Assembly: GCA_964016885.1 (NCBI GenBank) | Contig: OZ024741.1 | Coordinates: 248,372,001 to 248,436,000, forward strand | Origin: Eledone cirrhosa | Lineage: Eukaryota | Length of the DNA stretch: 64,000 nucleotides | Direction of reading: 5' to 3' | Shown: positions 27,267-40,849 of the stretch, piece after piece | How the letters are laid out: each line of letters opens with the position of its first letter | Numbering within the stretch: position 1 is the first letter of the stretch | Made by a program: the position numbers and the translations under genes | The notes under the pieces: generated by a model | What the model saw: the letters and a program-made list of their open reading frames with translations, nothing else | Told to the model about the DNA's origin: nothing | Database searches by the model: none

Positions 27267-27740
27267 GAAAAATAGATGCAAATAGACCTGATATAATATT
27301 GAAGGACTTTAAAAAGAGGGTATGCCTGCTAATTGATATGTCCGTTCCAATAGACAAGAATGTATCTATAAAAACATTTGAAAAATTGAGCAAGTATAAG
27401 GACCTGGAGATAGAAATTGGAAAATGTGGAAATTGGGAACTAAAACAATACCAGTGGTTGTGGGCGCTCTGGGAATGATACCTAAGGGGTCTAATGATTA
27501 CTTATCGCAAATCCCAGGAAACCCGCGTATAGGAGAAATACAAAAGATAGTACTAATGGGAACTGCCCATATACTAAGGAAGATTCTGTCAATATAAGTA
27601 CATCACAAGTCTAAACACTAAAGATGCATGTGTGAGTATGTATGTTCTTTCTTGAACATGGCGGACCTTGTTGTCTCTTGAGGTCACTGGTTGTGACTTG
27701 GTGATAACTCGTATGAACATAAAGCAAGATAAATGCAACT

Positions 27741-27741
<1 letters not shown>
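27267..27741 (+). mobile_element. R4/Dong-type element 3' end (short copy)
   Basis: Near-identical to 28913-29389; (TAA)n on both sides. Confidence 0.9.
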
Positions 27742-27794
<53 letters not shown>

Positions 27795-27795
<1 letters not shown>

Positions 27796-29389
27796 GGACT
27801 AGATAAATGCGCCAAAGCAACGTTCACCAGAGGAAAGCTGCTGAAGAGTTCAGACATTAATCTTGATCGGGGGAACGTGATAAGAGAACTTGATCAAGAA
27901 AAAACTGACAAATATCTAGGTGTTTGTGAAGGAGACGGAATCAAGCACTCGACAATGAGGGAAAGGATAAGGAAGGAATGTTACCGCAGAGTAAGAGCAA
28001 TCTTAAGAACGGAATTGAATGCAAGGAATAGGATCGATGCCATAAACACGCTTGCCATACCAGTAGTAACCTACAGTTACAATGTCATCAACTGGTCAAG
28101 CACAGAGATCCGTAGGCTCGATACAAAAATTCGAAAATTCTTAACCATGCACAGAATGCATCACCCTAAGGCAGATATAGATAGAATATATCTCCCTAGA
28201 AAAGAAGGAGGACGTGGGTTAGTCTAGTTAGACATTGCGTTGAAAACTGCAACAATTGGATTATCTACATATCTAAGGGAATCACATGATTGGATGATCA
28301 AACTCGTTTTGAAACACGAAAGCATCAAAAGATCATATTCCATTACAAAAGATGCACAAAGATACAGTAATGGACTACAAATTTCAGAAGTCCCATTTAC
28401 TGCTGAAATGGAAAACACAGAAAAAGCAAAGCAGGTAAAAGTAACTGCAAAGAAAGAACTGCTACAGAAAATGGCTAAGAAATGGCAAGAAAAGCCTCTG
28501 TATGGAAAATATCCAGAACGAGCTAACAATCCTGATGTTGACAAAACTTTAACCCATCAGTGGTTGGCATCCTCTGGACTGAAATCGGAGACTGAAGGAC
28601 TGATTATATCAGCACAAGATCAGTGTCTGCCAACAAAAAATTACCAAGCCAACATAATAAAAAATGGATGCAGCCCATTATGCCGTGTATGCAAAAAACA
28701 ACCAGAGACCATTGACCATATAATTTCAATGTGCAGTCCTATAGCTCCAACCGAATACCTAAACAGGCATGACAGAGCTGCACAATACATACATTGGATG
28801 TGTAAGCATTTTGACCTGCCCCATCAAAAGAATTGGTGGGAGCATCTACCACCTCCCATACTTGAAAAAGATCACATCTCAATCTTGTGGAACTTTAGCA
28901 TCCAAACAGACCGAAAAATAGATGCAAATAGACCTGATATAATATTGAAGGTCTTTAAAAAGAGGATTATGCCTGCTAATTGATATGTCCGTTCCAATAG
29001 ACAAGAATGTATCTATAAAAACATTTGAAAAATTGAGCAAGTATAAGGACCTGGAGATAGAAATTGGAAAAATGTGGAAATTGAGAACTAAAACAATACC
29101 AGTGGTTGTGGGCGCTCTGGGAATGATACCTAAGGGGTCTAATGATTACTTATCGCAAATCCCAGGAAACCCGCGTATAGGAGAAATACAAAAGATAGTA
29201 CTAATGGGAACTGCCCATATACTAAGGAAGATTCTGTCAATATAAGTACATCACAAGTCTAAACACTAAAGATGCATGTGTGAGTATGTATGTTCTTTCT
29301 TGAACATGGCGGACCTTGTTGTCTCTTGAGGTCACTGGTTGTGACTTGGTGATAACTCGTATGAACATAAAGCAAGATAAATGCAACTG
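27795..29389 (+). mobile_element. 5'-truncated R4/Dong-type non-LTR retrotransposon in (TAA)n
   Basis: RT thumb (YKYLG-like, GGRGL), CCHC finger CRVC..ETIDHI..C, RHD, RPDI, K..KY restriction-like endonuclease. Confidence 0.9.
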
Positions 29390-29404
29390 TAATAATAATA
29401 ATAA

Positions 29405-29778
29405 TAATTGACTATAAAAACAACAACTTGAGGAATAAATCGGGGAAAAAAATAAGAACTAGATCTATAATTTGGTATGCTCCGCCATCATCTTTAGCTA
29501 TTAAAACACCTTTAGCACACTTATTTTTTAAAGCCGTTGATAAATGCTTCCATAGATCACATAAATATTACTCTATCTTCAATAGACACACAGTTAAACT
29601 CTCTTATTCAACAACTATGAATATTGCTCAAAATATAGCAAAAATAAATAGTAAAAATCTTAATTTGAACCAACATATAAATAGCGATAATAACAACAAT
29701 AATACATTACTTAATGGGAATAACAATAATAATAACTTAAATACGAATAATAGTAGAACACCTTTAGATAATAATAAT
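29405..29778 (+). mobile_element. Penelope-like element, linker part (continues 26540-27230)
   Basis: IWYAPP..IFNRHTVKLSYSTT. Confidence 0.85.
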
Positions 29779-29955
29779 AATTGTTTCTACTTTTGGCACG
29801 AGGCCAGAAATTATCCCAGTGTATTACTGGTACTTTATTTTATCGACGCCATAAGGATGAAAGGCAAAGTTAACCTCGGCGGGATTTGAACTCAGACCAT
29901 AAAGGGGCGTAACTCTTTGCTGCAAAGCATGGCGTCCGACTCTCTACCGATACTG
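29778..29955 (-). mobile_element. Meta-core tRNA SINE inserted in the Penelope element
   Basis: Same family as 9722-9907. Confidence 0.88.
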
Positions 29956-31080
29956 GTTTAGAAATATCACTTGATTTCAGAGTAGATATATTGTTTAATG
30001 CTCACATATGGTGAATGAGTTATCTTCCTTTTGTTTACATTCTTCTTAAATATTTTTATTCTGTTTAATAGCTTGCTATTTTAATTTTTGATATAAATTA
30101 TATAGTTGAATAATATAAGAATTTCTTTAAAAGGAAACTGTAATAATTTGTAATTACTGAAGTAAATATAAATTAACGAAATAAAACTTTTGAGGGTAAA
30201 TATAACTAAAATTTAATCCTGTAATTATATGATAATTAAAGATTTGAAACAATTTTATAAAGGTGTTATATGCATGTATTTTAATATATATTTTAATACA
30301 GGTTTAATAATTATTTAAATATGCTTTAAAGATAATTTTTTTAAAAATTGTAACAAAATACTTATAGAATATTTTACCTAAACCAGAAATTAAAATCTAT
30401 AATGAGTTAAATTAAATTATATAAATTTTTAATTAAATAAATATGTGACGGCTATGAAAAGTAATGTATTTTGATTAATTTTGATATATTATATTAGTAT
30501 AATTAGCTTAACCATAACCAAATACTAGAGATATTCAATGGTCTATGGTAACTGATTGGTTGCCTCAATTGACCTAATATTTGAAAACAACGGTTTTTTC
30601 TACTTACCCCCCCCCCCCATAATATTCTTTCGAAACTTGTATAATGCTTAGAATATTTTACCCGTTCTATGTTGGCAGCTGCTAAATAATTCTTTCTTCT
30701 TGTTAATTAAATTGTCATAATTTGTAATTATCAATAGAGTCTCAAGATTGCAAAGATTGCAATTTGGCGAAATGGAAGCGTTTCGATAGGAATTGGCATT
30801 CTTTGGAGTATTTAATATTCTTGTCTTTCAAAGACCATATTAATTGTGAGAGTGAAGTTGAAAATGTTTTTGTCTGGTTTCGAAAAGGAATTTTTATGAT
30901 TGTACCAACGAAGTTTAAACCCAGATGAAGTCGCACCAATGTAGTTGTATATATTTTTATTTGTCTTAATGGTGCATTTATATACTAGATTCGTGTCAAG
31001 GCAGTTATTTTGTAAGGGACATTCTGACTTCCTTCTACAGTTACATTTCTTCTCGATGTTATTTCTATACCCTAAACTAT
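29956..31080 (-). mobile_element. Penelope GIY-YIG domain and AT-rich 3' region, inverted relative to its RT
   Basis: Minus strand KCNCRRKSECPLQNNCLDTNLVYKC..YNYIGATSSGFKLRWYNH. Confidence 0.85.
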
Positions 31081-31367
31081 TGGATTGGCAGTATCGGTAG
31101 AGGGTCGGACGCCATGCTTTGCAGCAAAGAGTTACGGCCCTTTATGGTCAAATATCATCATAAGGCATTACGACGTTTTTTATATATAATTTATTTACAA
31201 AGATGAGAAGTTGAGTTAGCTGTGAAGACATGTCACCAGAAATGAAATAAAACGAATTAAGATGCTGTAAAAGAATACGCAAACCTATGGCTGTAGTTAG
31301 AAGCTACGGCAGCGGTAATTGTTCAGTAGTTATATTTTCGAATGTTTGTTGAGCAAAATCAAGAGAT

Positions 31368-31480
31368 GTTTACCTTGGCGGTGTCGAGCTGCAAGAGAGA
31401 GAATTTCGAAGCGAAGCGGGAATTTTTCCCTTTCGGCGGAAGTTGAAATACATTCTCCTACGCTGATAGCGATTGGCTGA
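31368..31480 (-). promoter_or_regulatory. TCT/TOP-like promoter with short first exon
   Basis: CCAAT (31472-31476), ETS motif CGGAAGT (31437-31443), pyrimidine tract ttctctctctt, donor AAG|GTAAAC at 31374/31373. Confidence 0.5.
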
Positions 31481-31551
31481 ACTGAGCCAAACAACGCATA
31501 GAGAATGTATTCAAGAGCCATCAGAATGTAGGTCACTACATATATATATAT

Positions 31552-31748
31552 ATCATCATCATCATCATCATCATCATAGTTTAACGTCTATCTTCCACGT
31601 TAGCATGGGATTAGATGGGAATTGTCCCACTTGAGGCAAGATTGGTCGTCTCGCTCGTATAGGACTGTCTGGCAGGTTTTCTATGGCTGGATGCCCTTTC
31701 TAAAACCAACCACGTTTACAGTGTGGACTGAAAGGTTTTTACCGTGTT
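31552..31748 (-). mobile_element. RTE-tailed SINE 3' part
   Basis: Matches 7468-7660. Confidence 0.75.
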
Positions 31749-31759
31749 CTGAGCAAAAA

Positions 31760-31926
31760 AAAAATGTTTAATTTTCAATGCCCTAGGGACCGCATTAGGC
31801 GATTTAGCGATCTCTCTCTATAATTCTTAGTCTTTCTCTTTTTAGATAGATACATACATATAACGTCGCGCCCTTATAATATCTGTCTGTATGTCTGACT
31901 GTCTGCATTACATCACTTCCCTGAGG

Positions 31927-31999
<73 letters not shown>

Positions 32000-32552
32000 T
32001 GTTTTTCTGAGTTTGAATCCCTAAAACTTTACATGTAACTTTACTTGTTTCAGTAAGTGTTATGCACACAAACAAATTCAACTTTTTGATCCCCTAGGGC
32101 CCGCATTAGTTGAAAAACTGCATTTTTTCAGGTTTTTAGGTTTTTTTTGAGTCGTTACGTCAGACTGATTTCCTTGAAATTGTAACTATGTATTAGTCAG
32201 TCTCTTCTTCATATTGTGAGCAAAGAAAATCCAACTTTTTTATGGCCTAGGACCCGCATTAGGTGAAACTTCATTTTTTCAGCTTTTTAGGGCTTTTTTG
32301 AGGCGTTACGTCTAGCCGATTTTCCCGAAATTTCAAGCCATATAATGCACCTAAAAAAAATTCATTTTCTTGATCCCCTGCATTTTTCCTGCATCATCGA
32401 TGAAAATCTTAAAGATTATCCAGCCATCAGAGTATTCGGTTTATTTTCTTTACATATTGTCCACGCATGCAGTTTTTCCACGATGAGGTTTTTTGGCGGC
32501 CCGCGTTCCAAAATACCACCTTATCCGGTGCAACGCCGGGTACCACTGCTAG
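31760..32552 (+). mobile_element. Non-autonomous Helitron (5' end approximate)
   Basis: 3' hairpin ccggtgcaacgccgg followed by CTAG|T; internal repeats containing cctaggg.ccgcattag. Confidence 0.7.
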
Positions 32553-32682
32553 TATCTAATAAACTAGACTGTATCTGAAGGATTGACTCAGCGAAACACG
32601 GAACCTATCTTTTGGATCTCACTGAACTACATACTAACTATGGTATAGACCCTACCACGAAAGGTAGACCACATTGAATACA

Positions 32683-32756
<74 letters not shown>

Positions 32757-32898
32757 TGTAATAATACCTTAGATAGAGGAGAAAGTGAAGTTCCCAAGAG
32801 AGAGCTTTTTTTCTGGGCATCAGTGACTGTTGGAAGTAAAGGCAGGAAGTTATCTTTAGACTGGGTAACTAACCATGATGCATACAATAAGGTATTGG

Positions 32899-32948
<50 letters not shown>

Positions 32949-33096
32949 CGCTGGTGCTCCTGCTGCTGCTCCTGCTGCTGCTGCTGGTGATGATGATGAT
33001 GATGATGATGATACTCCTGATGTTGTTACTGATGATACTATTACTATAATCATTACGGCCATTACTACCATCCACCACCACAATCAACACCACCAT

Positions 33097-33180
<84 letters not shown>

Positions 33181-33181
33181 C
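32899..33181. repeat. Compound (ACT)/(GCT)/(GAT)/(ACC) microsatellite
   Basis: Direct reading. Confidence 0.95.
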
Positions 33182-33238
33182 TCCTTGGCAAAAGCTATCA
33201 AGGCCACTAAACGCCAGACATTGTTAGTTAAACGTCTG

Positions 33239-34039
33239 TGTATGTATGTATGTATGTATGTATGTATGTATGTATGTATGTATGTATGATTGTATGTATG
33301 TATGAGTGTATGTATGTATGTATGTATGTATGTATGTATGTATGTATGTATTTATGTATGTATGTATGTATGATTGTATGTATGTATGAGTGTATGTATG
33401 TATGTATGTATGTATGTATGATTGTATGTATGTATGAGTGTATGTATGTATGTATGTATGTATGTATGTATGTGTATGTGTACGTCTGTGTATGTATGTA
33501 TGTATGTATGTATGTATGATTGTATGTATGTATGTATGTATGTATGAGTGTATGGATGTATGAGTGTATGTATGTATGAGTGTATGTGCTCATATATAAA
33601 TGTATATATGCATCTATGTATATGTAAATATGTAAATATGATGATGATGCATATGTATAAATATATGTGCATGTATATATGCATACATATATTTTTGTGT
33701 CTACATACATGCATACATACTTAAATACATACATAATACATGCATTCATATATACATGCATTCATACATACATACATACATTCATACCTACATACGTACA
33801 TACGTACGTACATACATACACACATATATACATGCATGTATACATACATACACACATACATACATAGATACATGCATGCATACATACATACATGCGTACA
33901 TTCATACCTACATACATAGGTACGTACGTACATACATACACACATACATTCATACATACATACACACACACATACATACATACATGCATACACACACAGA
34001 TACATACATGCATGCATACATACATACTTACATACATAC

Positions 34040-34070
<31 letters not shown>

Positions 34071-34532
34071 CATACATACATACATACGCACATACATACA
34101 TGCATACACACACAGATACATACATGCATGCATGCATACATACATACATACATACTTACATACATACTTACATACATACATGCATACATACATACATACA
34201 TACATACATACATACATACATACATACATACATACATACACATTTATATACATATATACATGCATACATACATACATACATACATACATACATACATACA
34301 TACATACATACATACATACATACATACATACGCACATACATACATGCATACACACACAGATACCACAGATACATACATGCATACATGCATACACACATAC
34401 ATACATACTTACATACATACTTACATACATACATGCATACATACATACATACATACATACTTACATACATACATGCATACATACATAATACATACATACA
34501 TACATACACATTTATATACATATATACATGCA

Positions 34533-34566
<34 letters not shown>

Positions 34567-34712
34567 CATACTTACTTACATACATACATACATACACACA
34601 TACATACATGCATACACACACAGATACATACATACTTACATACATACATACATACATACTTACATACATACATACATGCATACATATGTGCGTACATGCG
34701 TGTGTATGTATG
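33239..34712. repeat. (TATG)n switching to (CATA)n compound microsatellite
   Basis: Direct reading. Confidence 0.97.
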
Positions 34713-35024
34713 TAGCAACAGGTCTTGGAGACAATACGAATCTTAATTCCAGTGCAGATAAGAACGACAGCACTAAGTGGTGTTCCATTTTGATAGTGCC
34801 TTTTGCTGTCATTTCAAATTTGGTTAAAATTTTTGATGAATTAGCATTAAAAAATATGCAAACACACATGCACACATACACACACATACACACACACACG
34901 CACACACGCTCTCTCTCTCTATCTATCTCTCTCACACACACACGCACTAATTCCCACACAGACATACTTCTCTCTCTCTCTCTTCTCCCCATTATTCTTT
35001 TTTAACTCTTTATATAAACGTATG

Positions 35025-35083
<59 letters not shown>

Positions 35084-35108
35084 AGTTGTGTGTGTGTGTG
35101 TATGCATT

Positions 35109-35189
<81 letters not shown>

Positions 35190-37200
35190 ACTATTATTTG
35201 GCCCCCTCGGTTGAGCACACTGTTAACTTATATTCATCATGCAGAAACAACATCTGAATATTTCTACTAAGAACATACCCGTACCAAGCAGGAAGAAATA
35301 CCTAAAACTAACTCCTGATACAGAAAACAGACTCGGTCATTAAAAGGTTGCGTTGGCGTGCCTTTTACTTCGATAATCAGGGAAAAGCGGACAACAAACA
35401 GGATACATTTGGGTTTAAAACCTACCATAACCCTCCGAGTAACCCACCATTGCTACCCTTCGAAAAAGATGTCTTGGAACTCATACGGAATATCAAATTT
35501 CGGAATAGGAGCAATTCCTTCCAGCAGGACCTGAAGAATAGAATTAGTTCTATTAAGGATTCTAATGCCGTGCACGTCCATTCCAACAAAACTGGCAATC
35601 TATATCAAGTGGAGCTCAGTACCTACCATCAACTGCTACATAATGCTGTAACTAAGGATTACCGTAAAACTAATCGGAGCGTCATTAATGAAATCAACGA
35701 TGCTGGGTTTAAAATCACCGCTGATCTCAACATCCTGCACCGGACTGAACTCTGGACCCTTTTTCTCCCCACTTTACCCTGAAGGATCACAAATCCAATT
35801 TCCCGAACAATCCCTCATTTCGGCTTATTAACCCTACGAAGTTTGATTTAGGTAGACTTAGTAAAAGGATTTTAGATAGAATTATACCTGAAATTAGAAG
35901 TTTGGCCCCTCTTGCACTGTGGAACAATTCTTTCGCGGTGATTGATTGGTTCAACGGCATATGTAACAAGGAACATTGCCGTTTTATCCAATTCGACATC
36001 AATAATTACTACTCCTCTATCACTTTACCACTCCTTCTTAGAACTATCAATTTCGCTAAAACGCTCACGGTGGTTAAGGATTTCGAAGTCGATGTCATCC
36101 TCAATGCCCGTAAGTAGTGATTAATTTCGACGACTCTATTTGGATTAAAAAATCTAGTAGTACCCCATTCGATGTGAGTGTGGGCGCCAGCGATTCGGCG
36201 GAGGTTACTGATCTTATCGGCCTTTTCCTTCTTTTCTCTATCAAAGAAGAATTCCCCAAAATGGGTGGGGGTTTGTATCATGATGACGGTTTTTTGACCA
36301 TGACAAAGTGCGGCCCAAGTGCTTGCGATAGGTTCAGAAAAGAACTCACAGCCTTCTTTAAAGGCTTCAACCTCTCCATATCGGTCGTTAATTACCTCGA
36401 CGTTACTCTGAATTTGTCGAATGGCTTCCTCTACCCGTATAGAAAGTCGAATGATACGCTTAATTACATAAGCAAGCATTCTAACCATCTTGCCAGCATA
36501 ACCAAGAACCTGGTAAGAAAATTTCTTTGAGGCTTTCCCGTCTATCTACAAACGAGCATATTTCCACCGACCATTCCACATATTACAATGAAGCTCTTGC
36601 ACGGAGTGGATTTGTCGATAAGGTAGCATAACATTTTTAATAGAAATACCATTCAAATTTCTTACTCTACGACTCCTAACCTTGCACATAACATCACTGC
36701 TTCAAATTTAGCTAAATTACCTTGTCGTAGGAACACGTGCAACCCTGTCGCTAGTACTAACTGTAATTGTAGGAATCGGGCTGACTGCCTCTTATCCGGG
36801 AAATGCCTCTCTAGTAACATTGTCTACAAATGTAAGGTTGAGACACCCACGTCCCGTAGGGCATACATCGGGTTAACGACCAATAGATTCAAGCAGCGTC
36901 TTTACATGCACACCCATTCTTTTCTTAACCCTTTAAGAAGGAATATGACGTCACTTTCAGCTTATATCTGGGTCTAAAAGACAACCACACCCAATATAGG
37001 CTACACTGGGAGATCCTAGCTAAGGCTAGATCGTATAACGGAAATAAAAGACCATGTGACATCTGCACCGCTGAAGCCCTGGAAATACTCTGCGCCAATG
37101 ACCACATCTTAAACAAAAAATCTGAGGCAATTTCGGCTTGTAAACATAAATTGCATAAACTTTCCTGTATTTCAGCCCCACATTATACCCTAACGGATAG
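35190..37200 (+). mobile_element. Near full-length decayed Penelope-like element
   Basis: ATG 35239 [16 protein letters not shown]; RWRAFYF; FIQFDINNYY; GASDSAEVTDLIG; GLYHDD; CNC..CL..KC; YIGLTT; begins next to (TA)n. Confidence 0.93.
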
Positions 37201-37590
37201 TACGAACAATACGCGGATAATTTACGTCTTGATGTGGTAGCTAAGTATATGTTATGTTTATACCATTACTTATTTGTATAGGTAAGTATATATTACCTGT
37301 ATGTTTTGTGAAGGTACGTATACTTTATCGTACGTATATTTGCTTGTATTTGTTATAGGCGTATATATTATATTATATATACTGGTACATGCGTATATGG
37401 TTATGTGTATACGTGAGTTTTGCGTTTGTGTGTGTATGCGGGTTTGCACGTATGTAGGGTGTGTGTATATGTGTACTTTGTGTTTTGGTTGACGTACGTT
37501 TAGCGAACATATGTGTATTTACATGTGGGTGTGTGTGTGCGCGCGTGATATACGTATTTATGTGTTTATTTATATACATTTATATAATTA

Positions 37591-38000
37591 CTAGCAGAGG
37601 TACCCGGCGTTGCTCGGGTATTAAATAGCTGTTGTGTGTACCATTTATGTCAATACTTCAGTGCTACTTCGAAAACTATACTTTTACAAAATCTTTCCAA
37701 AAGGGGGTTCCTGCCCCCAAGGGTCCCCTACTCAATATGTGCCAATTCTGAGAGTTCACATTCATCTGTAGGACAAACGTAGCCCTTGTGTCAAGTTTTG
37801 TGAAAATCGGTTGCGAACTCCAGAAGTTATGACGTTTTGTTGCAATGCACTGCAGTGCTTCAGTCGACTCCAAGGAAGTGGTTAAAGGGGGGTTATCTGC
37901 CGGGAGGCCATATAATCAATATCTGGAAAAATGAAAGTGCCCATGACCATCCGGAGTACATAAGTAACCTATGTCTTAAGTTTGGTGAAAATACTGTAGA
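37591..38000 (-). mobile_element. Non-autonomous Helitron (5' end approximate)
   Basis: A|CTAG at 37591 next to hairpin tacccggcgttgctcgggta. Confidence 0.7.
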
Positions 38001-38149
38001 AATGCATAAGGTTTATACATACGCGCGCGCGCGTGCGTGTGTGTGTGTGTGTGGGGGGGGGGGTATGTATTTGTGTGTGCGTATGTATGTGTATGTCCGT
38101 TGGAGCATACGTATGTATTAGCCTAAATTTTCACTATTTACTTTTACTA

Positions 38150-39140
<991 letters not shown>

Positions 39141-39206
39141 TCTTAGTTTGAGAAGATCCCGTTAAGGGTGAAAGCAGCGATTCTTTGCTTAAACTTTAAT
39201 CTGTTA

Positions 39207-39299
<93 letters not shown>

Positions 39300-39500
39300 C
39301 GTCCGAAACCCTCTTCCTACTATTTCAAGCGTTAATCTAATATATTTCTTCCATATACTGTACCGATTGTGTTTTTTTTTAAACTTTTACATACATACAT
39401 ACGTACATACATACATACATACATACATACATACATACATACATACATTCACACATACATACATACATACATACATACATACATACATACATACATACAT

Positions 39501-39591
<91 letters not shown>

Positions 39592-39626
39592 ATGTTGAAC
39601 AATGAAAAAAGTATAAGTTAATTATT

Positions 39627-39670
39627 CCATCGTTTACGATCGTTTCAGATGTCAAAACATTTATCGATGG
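39627..39670 (-). ncRNA. Degenerate hammerhead motif (CUGANGA box lost)
   Basis: ccatcg..atgttttgacat-ct-GAAAC-gatc-GTA-aa-cgatgg. Confidence 0.45.
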
Positions 39671-40119
39671 GTACTTATCTTTCTGTGACCAGTTCAGAAG
39701 GACAAATATTGGCGTTAGAATAAGCATTGCAAAGGTGTTGAGAGAAATGTGCTTATTGTTTGCTGAGAGGGTTGGCGAACATATTCGATTTACGATACAG
39801 ATTTAGCCATTCCTTGTTTGTTCCTTATTTATGGGGACCGTTATAACTGACATTCTCATCCTGTGCAGGATACTTCTAGATGTCACTTGACTGTAGAGAT
39901 TGTATTGACAAGCTTTTCATGTTTAAATTTTCGGAGGACGGCACAATATTTCCACGTTTTATTACCAAAACTGCACATTCATCCAATGTCTGTGGAAAAT
40001 TGGGTAACCAGGTTCAATTGCTTTTGATGTGGTTAATCTTTGGCTCATACATCTTTAGTCATTAACAAAGAAAAAGTGGATCAATTTCTATAACCACTAC
40101 GTTTTGTGAGCAGGTATGG

Positions 40120-40262
40120 CTGTCAGTTTAACGAGAATAAAAAGAACAGCAATGGCAAGCTATCACCCTGAAAGATGCCTCTTCGATAGTGTGTGATATC
40201 AGATTCAATTTCCTTCCTTACATCTCTAAGAAACAAATTGGCGTACCAAGTCTTAGTCAGGT
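40120..40262 (-). mobile_element. R4/Dong-like RT fragment
   Basis: RRGIFQGDSLPLLF. Confidence 0.6.
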
Positions 40263-40849
40263 GTTGGATAGTAGCTACTAGTGGGTGTGAAGCTTTGGCT
40301 AACTGCAAGGCCTTTTGGAAGTGATTTTAATGCTAGGAACTTGGGATGTGATTGGTAAACATGGAATTGGAAAATGTAATAGCAATGGCTTGTTACTCCT
40401 GCAAATGTGCCACGAATTACACCATTGATGTTGGATAGTAGCTACTAGTGGTTGTGAAACTTTGGCTAACTGCAAGGCCTTGATAAGCTATACATGTGAT
40501 CTAGATACTATCGAAGGCCTTTTGGAAGTCCAGACATACTACAGCCAAGTTCCTGCAGTTCTTCATTGTTTTCCCTGCACATTTAGTTAATTAGTAGCTG
40601 CTCTGAAAAGCTTTTTTTTTTAAAACTTCAAGCACTGACATCATGTGATCTAAACACTTTTCACGTGTGTTGTACAAGCACGGCTGGCCGTAGCTGAAAA
40701 AGGCAAAACACTAAAAAACGATGAACTGAAACAATGATATTCTAGTAAATGACAATAAGGGCTTTGGAACATGAAGTAGAAGGATCTGGTTTGACAAGTT
40801 TCCCAACCTGGGCTCGATCGTCAAGACGCTACTGTGAGAACCCCCCCCC

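Noticed and set aside
32575-32610. CTGAAGG..GAAAC
   Set aside because: Core mismatch and no stem I or III
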